Below, in pieces: positions 30,201 through 39,877 of a DNA stretch of 64,000 bases; positions within the stretch are counted from its first letter, which is position 1, and every line of letters begins with the position of its first letter. The position numbers were made by a program, and so were the translations under genes. The stretch is from assembly GCA_964630405.1 (NCBI GenBank), contig CAZVUC010000050.1, forward strand, positions 8,948 to 72,947, written 5' to 3'. This stretch comes from an uncultured Syntrophobacterales bacterium. GTDB taxonomy: Bacteria; Desulfobacterota; Binatia; UBA9968; JAJDTQ01. A model generated the notes under the pieces. It had not been told where the DNA came from, ran no database searches, and worked only from the letters and a program-made list of their open reading frames with translations.

Positions 30201-31661
30201 TCAGTCCTCAAGTATCCACAGATCCTTGCAGCCGCCGCCCTGGCTGGAGTTGACCACCAGGCTGCCGCGCCGGAGCGCCACCCGGCACAGCCCGCCCGGC
30301 ACCACGTGCTGCTCGTCGCGTCCCTGCAGCACGAACGGCCGAAGGTCCACGTGGCGCGGCTCGATGGCGCCGCCGATGAAGCAGGGCGCGCGGGACAGGG
30401 CCAGCACCGGCTGCGAGATGAAGTTGGCCGGGTCGGCGCGCAGCCGTTCGGCGTAACGGGCCCGCTCGTCCGCGGAAGCGTGGGGTCCCACCAGCATTCC
30501 GTAGCCGCCCGCTCCGCCGACCTCCTTGACCACCAACTCGTCCAGATGCTCCAGGGTATAGGCCAAACCGTCCGGCTCGCGGCAAAGATGGGTTTCGACG
30601 TTGGCCAGGATCGGCTCTTCATCGAGAAAATAGCGGATGATGCGGGGCACGTAAGAATAGAGGCTCTTGTCGTCGGCCACGCCGGTGCCCGGCGCATTGG
30701 CCAGCACGACGTTGCCCGATCGGTAGGCGTGGAACAGCCCCGCCGTCCCCAGGATCGATTCGCTTCGGAACAGCACCGGATCGAGGAAGTCATCGTCGAT
30801 GCGCCGGTACAGCACGTCGACCCGGCGGAGTCCCGCCGTGGTGCGCGAGTGCAACGCGCCGTCGCGCAGGACCAGGTCCTGTCCTTCCACCAAGTCGATG
30901 CCCATTTCCCCGGCGAGAAAGGCGTGCTCGTAGTATGCGGAGTTATGGTGCCCGGGGGTCAGGATCGCCACTTGCGGATCCTGCAACGACGGGCGCAGAG
31001 ACGCGAGCGTGGCGTAGAGGCGTTCGGCATAGTCCGCCACCTCGCGGACCCGGTGCGTGCGGTACAGCCTCGGGAACGCATCCTTGATGGCGTTGCGGCA
31101 GGCCAGCATGTAGGACACCCCGGAGGGAACCCGCAGATTGTCCTCGAGGACGGCGAAACCGTCGTGGGTGCGCACGATGTCGGTGCCGCAAACGGCCACG
31201 TAGACGTCGTGCGGGACCTTCAGCCCCCGCATTTCCATGCGGTACTGGGGGCAGCCCAGCACCAGGTCGATGGGTACGACCCCGTCCCGCAGGCACCGCC
31301 CGTCGTGGTAGACGTCCTTCAGGAACAGGTTGAGCGCCGCCAGCCGTTGCTTGAGGCCGCGCTCGATGTGATCCCACTCGGCCGCCGTCAGCAGGCGGGG
31401 TACACAGTCGATGGGAATGATCTGCTCGGTGGCCTTGTCGGCGTCGAGGACGGTGAAGGTGATGCCTTCATGGAGGAAATGGCGATAGACGCCTTCCTGG
31501 AGCTTCGTCAGATCATCGGGCGCGAGATCGGCCAGGGCCGCTTTGAGGCGGCTGGACGCCTCTCGCGGGTCCCCGTCCGGACCGAACATCTCGTCGTAAT
31601 AGGCGGGGTCCAGGTCGTAGTCCGCGAAAACTCCCCCATCCGCTGCTGCAACTTGAGACAC
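30201..31661 (-). CDS. Circularly permuted ATP-grasp type 2 protein (DUF404/DUF407).
   Basis: 486 aa. Lies upstream of the alpha-E and transglutaminase genes, which is the triad defined by Iyer and colleagues. Confidence 0.8.
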   Translation of the reverse strand: MSQVAAADGGVFADYDLDPAYYDEMFGPDGDPREASSRLKAALADLAPDDLTKLQEGVYRHFLHEGITFTVLDADKATEQIIPIDCVPRLLTAAEWDHIERGLKQRLAALNLFLKDVYHDGRCLRDGVVPIDLVLGCPQYRMEMRGLKVPHDVYVAVCGTDIVRTHDGFAVLEDNLRVPSGVSYMLACRNAIKDAFPRLYRTHRVREVADYAERLYATLASLRPSLQDPQVAILTPGHHNSAYYEHAFLAGEMGIDLVEGQDLVLRDGALHSRTTAGLRRVDVLYRRIDDDFLDPVLFRSESILGTAGLFHAYRSGNVVLANAPGTGVADDKSLYSYVPRIIRYFLDEEPILANVETHLCREPDGLAYTLEHLDELVVKEVGGAGGYGMLVGPHASADERARYAERLRADPANFISQPVLALSRAPCFIGGAIEPRHVDLRPFVLQGRDEQHVVPGGLCRVALRRGSLVVNSSQGGGCKDLWILED

Positions 31662-31686
31662 ACGGCCTCCGGATGATCTCGACTCG

Positions 31687-31762
<76 letters not shown>

Positions 31763-31848
31763 ACGCTCACGAATCGAAAGCGGCGGCAGAACCGCCCGAT
31801 GGAGTTCAAGCATACCGGATCGAACCGCCGGGAGGCAAGCGCGGAACG

Positions 31849-33555
31849 CTACCGGCCGGCGCCATGGGTCCTGAGCATTTCGGCCGCGTGGCGTTCCGCC
31901 TGCGCGGTGATCTCGGCGCCCCCGAGCATGCGCGCCAGTTCCCGGACACGCTCCGGCTCATCGAGCCGGCGCACGGTGGTGAAGGTCCGGCCGCCCCGCA
32001 CCTGTTTCTCCACCACATGGTGGGAGTCCGCCAGGGCGGCGATGGGGGCCAGGTGCGTGACGCACAGCACCTGATGGGCCTCGGCCACCGCGGCCAGCTT
32101 CTTGCCCACCATCTCGGCCACCCTGCCGCCGATGCCGGCGTCGACCTCGTCGAACAGCAGGGTGGGAATCCCGCTCCCGGTCAGGACCAAGGACTTGATG
32201 GCCAGCATGAGCCGCGACAGCTCGCCGCCGGAGGCGATCCGGGCCAGCGGCCTCACCGATTCTCCCGGGTTGGGAGAGAAGTAGAACTCGGGGTCGTCGA
32301 TGCCTTCTTCGCCGATCCGGACCCCTCCCATGACGAAAGGGGGAGCGTCCCGGGCCGGGTCGCCCTCGTGGAACCGCACCTCGAAGGTGGTGTCGGAGAG
32401 GCCGATATCGCGGACTTCGCGCTCCATCCGGCTCTTGAGGGTCTTGGCGGCGCGTTTCCGCGCCCGGGAAAGCTCCTCCGCCATCTTCCACGCCGCATCC
32501 CGCGCGGCCTCGAATCGTTCCGTGAGGACGGCAAGCTCTTCCTCGCCGGTGGCGAGCACGGCCAGCTCCTGTCTCGCCGTCTCCGCCAGGGCCAGGATTT
32601 CATCCACCGGCATCCGGTATTTTCGCTTCAGCCGGTGGATCTCGGCCAGGCGATCCTCGATGTGTTCCAGATCCCCCGGGTCGAACTGCAACCGGTCCGA
32701 GTGCTGGCGGATCAGGGCGATGGCTTCGTCCAGTTGCGCGGCCGACCCTTCCAGCAGCGTCAGGGCTTCGGCCAGGGCCGGGTCGATGGCCGCCATGTCC
32801 CGAAGGCGCGGGATGTACCGGCCCAACTCGCCGGCGACGGCATTGTCGCTTTCATAGAGGATCGATTCGCCTTCCTTGCAGGTCTGGTAGAGCTTCTCGG
32901 AATGGGAGAAGATCTCGCGCCTGTGGAGCAGCGTGTCTTCCTCCTGGGGATCGAGCGCGGCATCGTCGATCTCCTCGAGCTGCGCGCGCAGAAGGGCTTC
33001 TTCACGGGCCTTGTCCGCCAGCTTCTCCCTGAGGTCGCACATCCGCTTCCACGCCGCCGCGAACTCACCGAACCGCTGCTTCATGGCCGCGGCCTTCTCG
33101 TCAAGATCGCCATGCGCGTCCAGCAGTCCCAGGTGGCTCTCGGTGCGGAGCAGGGTGTGCTGCTCGTGCTGCCCGTAGATGTGGATGAGGCCGGTTGCCA
33201 CCCTGGACAGAACGGACCGGGGGCTCAGGCTGCCGTTGAGGTAGATCCGGTTCCGGCCGCCGCGGGTGACCACCCGCTTCAGCACCAGCTCATCGTCGAC
33301 GTTGCAGCCGGCCGCCGCCAGGGCGTCGCGTGTAACCGCGGGCAGGTCCGAGAACAAGGCCTCCGCGACGGCCTCGTCCTCTCCTTCGCGAATGAGGTCA
33401 GACGAACCGCGGGCTCCGAGGATGAGACCCAGGGCTGACAGGACGATGGTCTTCCCGGCGCCGGTCTCCCCCGTGAGGACGTTCAGTCCCGGCCCCAGCT
33501 CCAGCTCGGCGCTATCGATGACGGCGACGTTGCTGATCCGGAGTTGCTGCAGCAT
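31849..33555 (-). CDS. recN: DNA repair protein RecN.
   Basis: 568 aa. Walker A GETGAGKT. SMC-like coiled coil. Confidence 0.9.
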   Translation of the reverse strand: MLQQLRISNVAVIDSAELELGPGLNVLTGETGAGKTIVLSALGLILGARGSSDLIREGEDEAVAEALFSDLPAVTRDALAAAGCNVDDELVLKRVVTRGGRNRIYLNGSLSPRSVLSRVATGLIHIYGQHEQHTLLRTESHLGLLDAHGDLDEKAAAMKQRFGEFAAAWKRMCDLREKLADKAREEALLRAQLEEIDDAALDPQEEDTLLHRREIFSHSEKLYQTCKEGESILYESDNAVAGELGRYIPRLRDMAAIDPALAEALTLLEGSAAQLDEAIALIRQHSDRLQFDPGDLEHIEDRLAEIHRLKRKYRMPVDEILALAETARQELAVLATGEEELAVLTERFEAARDAAWKMAEELSRARKRAAKTLKSRMEREVRDIGLSDTTFEVRFHEGDPARDAPPFVMGGVRIGEEGIDDPEFYFSPNPGESVRPLARIASGGELSRLMLAIKSLVLTGSGIPTLLFDEVDAGIGGRVAEMVGKKLAAVAEAHQVLCVTHLAPIAALADSHHVVEKQVRGGRTFTTVRRLDEPERVRELARMLGGAEITAQAERHAAEMLRTHGAGR

Positions 33556-33562
33556 CGGCGTC

Positions 33563-34429
33563 CTACCGCTCGCCCCACTTGAGCTTGTTGCGGAGCACGT
33601 CGAAGTAGGATCGGGTGGGTATCCTCACCAGTGAAACCGGCGACTTGTGGCGACGCACCTCCACGCGGTCGCCGTTGTGCAGGAGGATGCCCTCCTGACC
33701 GTCCGGGATCAGGACCACCGTGTCGCCGGCGGACGTCAGCGTGGACCGGATCCTGGCGTCGCTGGCGATGACGATGGGCCGGTTGGTGGTAAGGGTATGA
33801 GGGCAGATGGGGCAAAGGATGATGGCTCCCATGGCGGGATGGAGAATCGGGCCGCCGGCCGCGAGCGAGTAGGCGGTGGATCCGGTGGGCGTGGAGATGA
33901 TCAGGCCGTCGGCCCTGTAGGTGCACAGATAGTCGCTGCCGACGTAGGTCTCCAGGTCGATGATCTTCGAACGGGCGCCCTTGGTGATGACCGCGTCGTT
34001 GAGTATCCTCAGGTGCCGCGAGCCGGCCTTGCCCGAGATGCTCACGTTCAGGGTCATGCGTTTCTCGATGGTGTAGTTTCCGGAGATGGTGCTGTCGAGG
34101 ACCTGTTCGAGCTCGTCGAGCGCGATCTCGGTGATGAAGCCGAGCCCCCCCAGGTTCACGCCGACGATGGGCACCTCGGGCCGTTCCACCAGACGGGCGA
34201 TGCTCAGCAGCGTGCCGTCTCCCCCCAGCACGACGATGAGATCGGCCCGCGTCGCCATCTCCGCCTTGAGCGCCACCCGGCCTCCGGTGGTGCCGAACTC
34301 GGCTTCCACCAGCACCTCCATGCCGCGGCCCTCAAGCCACGGAATGGTGGTTCTCATGATCTGCTCGGCCTTTTCCTCCCCGTACTTGGCGACGATTCCG
34401 ACGGTCTTGACCATGATCCTGCGGGACAA
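33563..34429 (-). CDS. nadK: NAD kinase.
   Basis: GGDGTLL motif. 288 aa. Conserved nadK-recN adjacency. Confidence 0.9.
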   Translation of the reverse strand: MSRRIMVKTVGIVAKYGEEKAEQIMRTTIPWLEGRGMEVLVEAEFGTTGGRVALKAEMATRADLIVVLGGDGTLLSIARLVERPEVPIVGVNLGGLGFITEIALDELEQVLDSTISGNYTIEKRMTLNVSISGKAGSRHLRILNDAVITKGARSKIIDLETYVGSDYLCTYRADGLIISTPTGSTAYSLAAGGPILHPAMGAIILCPICPHTLTTNRPIVIASDARIRSTLTSAGDTVVLIPDGQEGILLHNGDRVEVRRHKSPVSLVRIPTRSYFDVLRNKLKWGER

Positions 34430-34509
34430 CTACCACAGGGTGGCGAAGGATGCCATCTTGCGCGTGGCCGCCGGCATGGGATAGGACAGGGACCGCAAGG
34501 GGGGAACGC

Positions 34510-35157
34510 ATGGACGCAGGGGAACTGTTGGAGGTGATGGCGACGCGGCGCAGCGTGCGCGTGTACAGGAGCGGGCAGATTACCGACGGGCAGCTCCAGC
34601 TCATGTTCGAGGCGGCCCGGCTCGCGCCCTCCGGCGCCAACAGCCAGCCTTGGGAATTCGTCGTGACGCGCGACCGGGCGAAGATGAAGCGGGTCCGGCA
34701 GATCTATTCCGACGAGTGGAATCAGCGCAAGCTCGAAGACCCGGTGCACTACAAGGGGCTCAAGAAGGACTACGTAGGCGACGTGAGCGCGCTCGTCCTC
34801 GTCTGCGGCGACGCCCGCACCAAGCGGGTCTACCTCACCACGCGGCAGCCCGCGGACCGGGAGAAGCTGTTTCAGGCCAACGTGGCCAACGCGGTGGAGC
34901 ACATGATGCTGGCGGCGGCGAGCATGGGCTTCGGCACGGTGTGGGTCTCGGTGCGCAAGGAGGTGGAGCCGGAGTTGCGCACCCTGTTCAAGGTGCCGCG
35001 GTCGCTACGCCTGCTCTGGGTGATGCCCGTGGGGCGCCCGCGCGCCTGGCCCAAGCCCAAGCCGCGCCGCAGGGTGGACGATTTCGTCCACTGGGAAACC
35101 TACGACAAGAGCAAGCTGCGCCCCGAGTCCCGGATCAGGTCCTGGCCCAAGTCGTAG
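34510..35157 (+). CDS. Nitroreductase family protein.
   Basis: Reads RRSVRVY...APSGANSQPWEF. Shine-Dalgarno AAGGGGGG. Start at the internal ATG 34510. Confidence 0.8.
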   Translation: MDAGELLEVMATRRSVRVYRSGQITDGQLQLMFEAARLAPSGANSQPWEFVVTRDRAKMKRVRQIYSDEWNQRKLEDPVHYKGLKKDYVGDVSALVLVCGDARTKRVYLTTRQPADREKLFQANVANAVEHMMLAAASMGFGTVWVSVRKEVEPELRTLFKVPRSLRLLWVMPVGRPRAWPKPKPRRRVDDFVHWETYDKSKLRPESRIRSWPKS

Positions 35158-35163
35158 GACGGT

Positions 35164-37458
35164 TCACCCCTCCTGCAAGGCGTTGAACACCTTCTCGGCG
35201 GTAATGGGCAGGTCCAGGATGCGCACGCCCACCGCGGCTTCCACCGCGTTGGCGATGGCCGGGGCCGTGGGCACAATGCTCATTTCCCCGATGGCCTTGG
35301 CGTTGTAGGGGCCGGGTCCGGTCTGGTCCTCCACCAGCACGGTCTCCAGCGGCGGCAGGTCCTTCACGCAGGGCACGCAGTAGTCGCCGAGATTGAGGGT
35401 GGTGACCCGCGGCCCGTCCTTGACCATCTCCTCCATTACCGCGTAGCCCAGGCCCTGCACGAAGCCGCCGTCGATCTGGCCCTGGTGGCCCAACGGGTTG
35501 ATGATGGTGCCGACGTCGTGGGCGGTCACCACCTTCTTCACGTTCACGGTGCCGGTCTCCCGATCCACCTCGACCTCCGCCACCTGGACGAAGAAGGCCG
35601 GCACCGGGGAGCGCTCGGGCCGGTAGGACTTGCGCACCGACAGCGCCTGCTCCTCGGCGATGAGCTTCCCGGCCACGTCGGCGAACGCCAGGGCCGCGCC
35701 GTCGGCGCTGAAGCGGCCGTCCGCCAGGGTCACCGCGTCGGGCTTGCAGCCGAGGGCAAGGGCCGCGGCTTCCGTCATCCTGTCGCGCAGTTCCTCCACC
35801 GCTTCCACCAGGCCGCGCCCCACCATGGCGGTGATCTTGCTGCCGCCGGGCTCCGCGTCGGTGTCGAAGGTGTCGGTGTCGCCGCGCGCCACCTGCACCC
35901 GTTCCGCCGGCAGGCTCAGCAGCTCCGCGGTGATCTGGCGCAACAGCGTGTGCGTGCCCGTGCCGATGTCGGGAATGGCGGTGAGCACCGTAACCTCGCC
36001 GCCGGCGTCGCAGGTGATCTCCAGATTGACCGTGCCGCTGCCGCCGGTGTGGCGGAAGGAGAGGGCCATGCCCCTGCCGGTGTCGGGCCCGGCCGGCTCG
36101 TCGTTCCATCCCGCCGCGGCCAGGGCGGCCTCGACGGTCTCGCGGCAGCGGATCTTCTGCATGGCGCGCTTGTTGGGCAGCTCGTCGCCGTCCTGCATCA
36201 GGTTCTTCAGGCGCAGCGCCACCGGGTCCATCCCGAGCTTCCGCGCCAGCATGTCCAGGAGCGACTCGATGGCGAACACGGTCTGCGGTTGCCCCGGCGA
36301 CTTCATGTAACCGCCGGGCACACCGTTGGTGTAGACGTTGTAGGTGCGGATGGCGTAGTGGGCGATGCGGTAGGCGTTGACGATGAAGGTGCCGTCGATC
36401 TCGGACGGCTTGAAGCCCGAGTAGGCGCCGCTGTCGAAGTAGATGTCGCTGTCCAGGGCCACCAGGGTGCCGTCCCGCCTGGCTCCGAGCTTGACGCGCA
36501 TGACCGAGGGGTGGCGCGGGTCGCCGGCCATGAACTCCTCGGTATAGTCCATCACCATCTTCACCGGGCGGCCCGCGGCCTTGGAGAGGTAGTAGCAGAC
36601 CGGCACGTCCATCTGGGAGCCCTTGCCGCCGAAGTCGCCGCCCAGGGCGACGCTGTGGACGTGGATGTTCTCCTCTTCGAGACCGAGCTGCGCGGCCAGC
36701 ATCTGCTTGAGCCGGAACGGCGCCTTGCACGACGCCCACACGTCGATGCGGGCCGGGTCGCCGCCCGAAACCACGGTGGCGTGGGGCTCGAGGTAGACCT
36801 GGTGCACCCCGGGCGTGCGGAAGGTGTGCTCGACCACCACCTCGGCGTCCGCCATTCCCCGGGCGACGTCGCCGGCCGTGTGCTCCTTGAGGGACAGGGC
36901 GTTGGGCTGGTGCTCCGGGCGGCCGGGTACGCCGGCATAGCCGGCGAGTTGCTCGTGGATCGCCGGGGCGCCGTCCGCCAGGGCTTCTTCGATGCCGGCC
37001 ACGGCGGGCAGCTCCTCGTACTCCACCTCGATGAGCGCCAGCGCCTGCTCGGCCGCCTCCGGCGTCTCCGCCGCCACCGCCGCGATCTTGTCGCCGATGA
37101 AACGCACCTTGTCGCGGGCCAGCACCGGCAGGTCCTGAAGGCTGATGCCCACGCGCAGATCGGGGACGTCCGCCCCCGTCAGCACCGCGCGGACCCCCGG
37201 AACCTCCCGGGCCCGGGACGCGTCCACGCGCGCCAGCCGGGCGTGGGCCACGGTGCTGCGCAGGCACTTGCCCCACAGCGCCTCCGGCGCCGCCACGTCG
37301 GCCGTGTAAACCATCGCGCCCGAAACCTTGTCCGGACCCTCCACGCGTCCTACCGGTTGTCCTACGACCTTGAGATCCGTGGTTGCTCCTGTTGGTTGTG
37401 TCGCATCGGATCGGCGCCCCCGGCTGGAAAGTTTGGCTGATTGATCCGAAAAGGGCAA
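35164..37458 (-). CDS. Xanthine dehydrogenase family (aldehyde oxidase / CoxL-like) molybdopterin-binding subunit. The start is uncertain.
   Basis: 764 aa. Mo-binding large-subunit fold. No adjacent FAD-binding or 2Fe-2S subunit genes. Confidence 0.8.
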   Translation of the reverse strand: MPFSDQSAKLSSRGRRSDATQPTGATTDLKVVGQPVGRVEGPDKVSGAMVYTADVAAPEALWGKCLRSTVAHARLARVDASRAREVPGVRAVLTGADVPDLRVGISLQDLPVLARDKVRFIGDKIAAVAAETPEAAEQALALIEVEYEELPAVAGIEEALADGAPAIHEQLAGYAGVPGRPEHQPNALSLKEHTAGDVARGMADAEVVVEHTFRTPGVHQVYLEPHATVVSGGDPARIDVWASCKAPFRLKQMLAAQLGLEEENIHVHSVALGGDFGGKGSQMDVPVCYYLSKAAGRPVKMVMDYTEEFMAGDPRHPSVMRVKLGARRDGTLVALDSDIYFDSGAYSGFKPSEIDGTFIVNAYRIAHYAIRTYNVYTNGVPGGYMKSPGQPQTVFAIESLLDMLARKLGMDPVALRLKNLMQDGDELPNKRAMQKIRCRETVEAALAAAGWNDEPAGPDTGRGMALSFRHTGGSGTVNLEITCDAGGEVTVLTAIPDIGTGTHTLLRQITAELLSLPAERVQVARGDTDTFDTDAEPGGSKITAMVGRGLVEAVEELRDRMTEAAALALGCKPDAVTLADGRFSADGAALAFADVAGKLIAEEQALSVRKSYRPERSPVPAFFVQVAEVEVDRETGTVNVKKVVTAHDVGTIINPLGHQGQIDGGFVQGLGYAVMEEMVKDGPRVTTLNLGDYCVPCVKDLPPLETVLVEDQTGPGPYNAKAIGEMSIVPTAPAIANAVEAAVGVRILDLPITAEKVFNALQEG

Positions 37459-37616
37459 TTAGGGTGATCCGGAACCCAGGCACTTCTTCCTCGTCATCCC
37501 GGGGTGACGGGAGGTGGAGCTTGGCGGGAGATGGGCCTGGAGTCGGGGATCCGAACGGAGGGCGGCGTGGAGGCGGTCCGGAAGGGCGGGAAGCCGACTG
37601 GACGGGGATTCGCATG

Positions 37617-37645
37617 TTGCACAACCGCGCGCGATTCAATATGCT
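37617..37645 (+). promoter_or_regulatory. Possible sigma-70 promoter for the amidohydrolase gene.
   Basis: TTGCAC, a 17-bp spacer, then TATGCT. Confidence 0.3.
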
Positions 37646-37725
37646 GCTTTCCGCAAAGAAAGGTCGCGGCGGCCGCCCGGTCCGCCCGCTCCCTTCCAGG
37701 CGTTTCGACGAAGGAGGACTTGTCC

Positions 37726-39426
37726 ATGGAATATGATCTGCTGATACGCGGCGGCCGCGTGGCCGACGGTTCCGGACTGCCGTCCCACACGGCGGACGTG
37801 GCCGTGAAGGACGGCAAGATCGCCGAGGTGGGCCGTCTCAAGGGCTCGGCGAGCCGCACCATCGACGCCGCCGGGCTGGTGGTGTCCCCGGGATTCATCG
37901 ACCACCATACCCACATGGATGCGCAGATCCTCTGGGATCCCTACGGCACCTCCGAGCCGCAGCACGGCATCACCTCCATCGTCATGGGCAACTGCGGCCT
38001 GGCGCTGGCGCCCGTGAGCGACGGCGGCGAGGACGCCCTGGTCAAGAGCTTCGTGCGAGTGGAGGCGATTCCGCGCTTCGCGCTGGAAAAGGGCGTCAAC
38101 TGGCGTTGGCATTCCTACGGCGAGTACCTCGATGCCCTGGAGGGCAAGCTCGGCATCAACGCCGGCGGCCTGGTGGGCCACATCGCGGTGCGGCAGAACG
38201 TCATGGGCGAGGAGTCGGTGGAGCGCACGGCCACCGCCGGCGAGATTCAGAAGATGAAGGGTCTGGTGCGGGACGCCATGGATGCGGGCGCCCTGGGCTT
38301 CTCCACCAACCGCAACGAGCGGCACATGCGGGAGGACGGCAAGCCCGTGGCCAGCCGGCTGGCGGACGACAACGAGCTCTACGCCCTTTGCGACGTGCTC
38401 GGCGAGCTCAACAGCGGCATCATCGAGACCATTCTCGGCCGCAACAAGATGGAGCACTTCGACGCCTACTACGACCTGGCCAGCCGGACGCAGCGGCCGA
38501 TCATCTGGCAGAGCGTGCACCATCGTTGGGCCGAGCCCACGCTTTGGCAGCAACAGTTGGATGCGGTGTCGCGCATTTTCCGTGACGGCTACCGTGCCTA
38601 CGGTCTCACCCAGACGGTACCCCTGGTCCGTCACTTCAACCTGCAGAACGCACAGCTCTTCGACGAGTTTCCCAACTGGAAGAACATCATGTTCCTGCCC
38701 GTGGAAGTGCGCCAGCAGGCTTTTGCCGACCCGGCCACGCGTGTGAAGCTGCGCGAGGACCTGGCGACGGAGCGCATGACCAATTTCCACCGGCGCTGGG
38801 ACATCGTGCAGGTGGAAAAGGTCGTCAAGGAAGAGAACAAGCGCTACGAAGGCAAGAGCGTGGCGGAGATGGCGGCCATGCGGAACCAGCATCCCGTTGA
38901 CGCCCTCCTCGACCTGTCGCTGGACGAGGGCCTGTTGACCACCTTCCAGAACGCCAACACCGGCGGAGACGCGCAGGCCATGGGAGAGATCCTGCGCAGC
39001 CCCTATGTCCTGGTGGGCACTTCGGATGCCGGCGCCCACGTGTTGTACGGCGCCGACTTCGGTTACGGCACGACGTTGTTGGGACTGTGGGTGCGGGAGC
39101 GGGGGCTGATGACGCTGGAAGAAGCGGTTCACAAGCTCACCTTCCACGTCGCCTCCGTGTACGGACTCGAGGGCAGGGGCCTGATCCGGCCCGGCTACGC
39201 GGCGGACCTGACCCTGTTCGATCCCGACACCGTGCGCGCCTACGAGCCCGAGTGGGCGGAGGACTACCCGGCCGGCACCAAGCGCCTGATCCAGCGCTCC
39301 GACGGCATCCACTACACGATCGTCAACGGCGGTGTGATCTACGAGGACGGCCGTCTCAGCGGCGAGCTCCCGGGCCAGGTGCTGCGAGGCTCGGCCTATA
39401 CTCCGAGCCGCGCGGCGGCCGCGTAG
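37726..39426 (+). CDS. Amidohydrolase of the N-acyl-D-amino-acid deacylase (D-aminoacylase) family.
   Basis: Starts MEYDLLIRGGRVADG...SPGFIDHHTHMD. Shine-Dalgarno AAGGAGGA 7 nt upstream. 566 aa. Confidence 0.8.
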   Translation: MEYDLLIRGGRVADGSGLPSHTADVAVKDGKIAEVGRLKGSASRTIDAAGLVVSPGFIDHHTHMDAQILWDPYGTSEPQHGITSIVMGNCGLALAPVSDGGEDALVKSFVRVEAIPRFALEKGVNWRWHSYGEYLDALEGKLGINAGGLVGHIAVRQNVMGEESVERTATAGEIQKMKGLVRDAMDAGALGFSTNRNERHMREDGKPVASRLADDNELYALCDVLGELNSGIIETILGRNKMEHFDAYYDLASRTQRPIIWQSVHHRWAEPTLWQQQLDAVSRIFRDGYRAYGLTQTVPLVRHFNLQNAQLFDEFPNWKNIMFLPVEVRQQAFADPATRVKLREDLATERMTNFHRRWDIVQVEKVVKEENKRYEGKSVAEMAAMRNQHPVDALLDLSLDEGLLTTFQNANTGGDAQAMGEILRSPYVLVGTSDAGAHVLYGADFGYGTTLLGLWVRERGLMTLEEAVHKLTFHVASVYGLEGRGLIRPGYAADLTLFDPDTVRAYEPEWAEDYPAGTKRLIQRSDGIHYTIVNGGVIYEDGRLSGELPGQVLRGSAYTPSRAAAA

Positions 39427-39470
39427 CGCCGGCTCGGACAGACTCCCGGGAGCTTTATCGTTCGATACGG

Positions 39471-39500
39471 GCAGGGGCGGGTTTCAAACCCCGCCCCTGC
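39471..39500. repeat. REP-like GC-rich hairpin GCAGGGGCGGG-TTTCAAAC-CCCGCCCCTGC.
   Basis: 11-bp perfect stem. Same core as the motifs at 6898 and 42892. Sits just after the amidohydrolase stop. No U-tract follows. Confidence 0.5.
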
Positions 39501-39534
39501 GTGGTTGAGGGCTGGAAACAAGGGGGGAGACCCG

Positions 39535-39852
39535 GTGGGATTGACGTACATTCCGGTGGCCCGCGCCGGCGAGCTGGAGCCCGGAGAGCGGAAGGCGGTG
39601 GACCTCAACGGGCGGGCGCTCGTCCTGACGCGCATGGAGGACGGCTACTTCGTGTTCTCGCGCTATTGTCCGCACGAGAGCGCGGACCTCATGGGCGGAG
39701 TCATCGCGGCGGGGAAAGTCCGCTGCGACAATCACGGCTACTGTTTCGATCTCGGCACCGGAGACTGCGTGCTGCCCAAGGGCGGCGACCCGCTGACCGT
39801 TCTGCCCGTGGAGGAAAGAGGGGACGAGGTGTGCGTCCGTATCGAGTGGTAG
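39535..39852 (+). CDS. Rieske [2Fe-2S] domain protein. Probable GTG start at 39535; the track ORF begins at 39505.
   Basis: CPH...CDNHGY Rieske ligands. Shine-Dalgarno AAGGGGGGAG before the GTG. Confidence 0.7.
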   Translation: MGLTYIPVARAGELEPGERKAVDLNGRALVLTRMEDGYFVFSRYCPHESADLMGGVIAAGKVRCDNHGYCFDLGTGDCVLPKGGDPLTVLPVEERGDEVCVRIEW

Positions 39853-39877
39853 CCCGGCGTCCCTGACCGGGCCCGCC

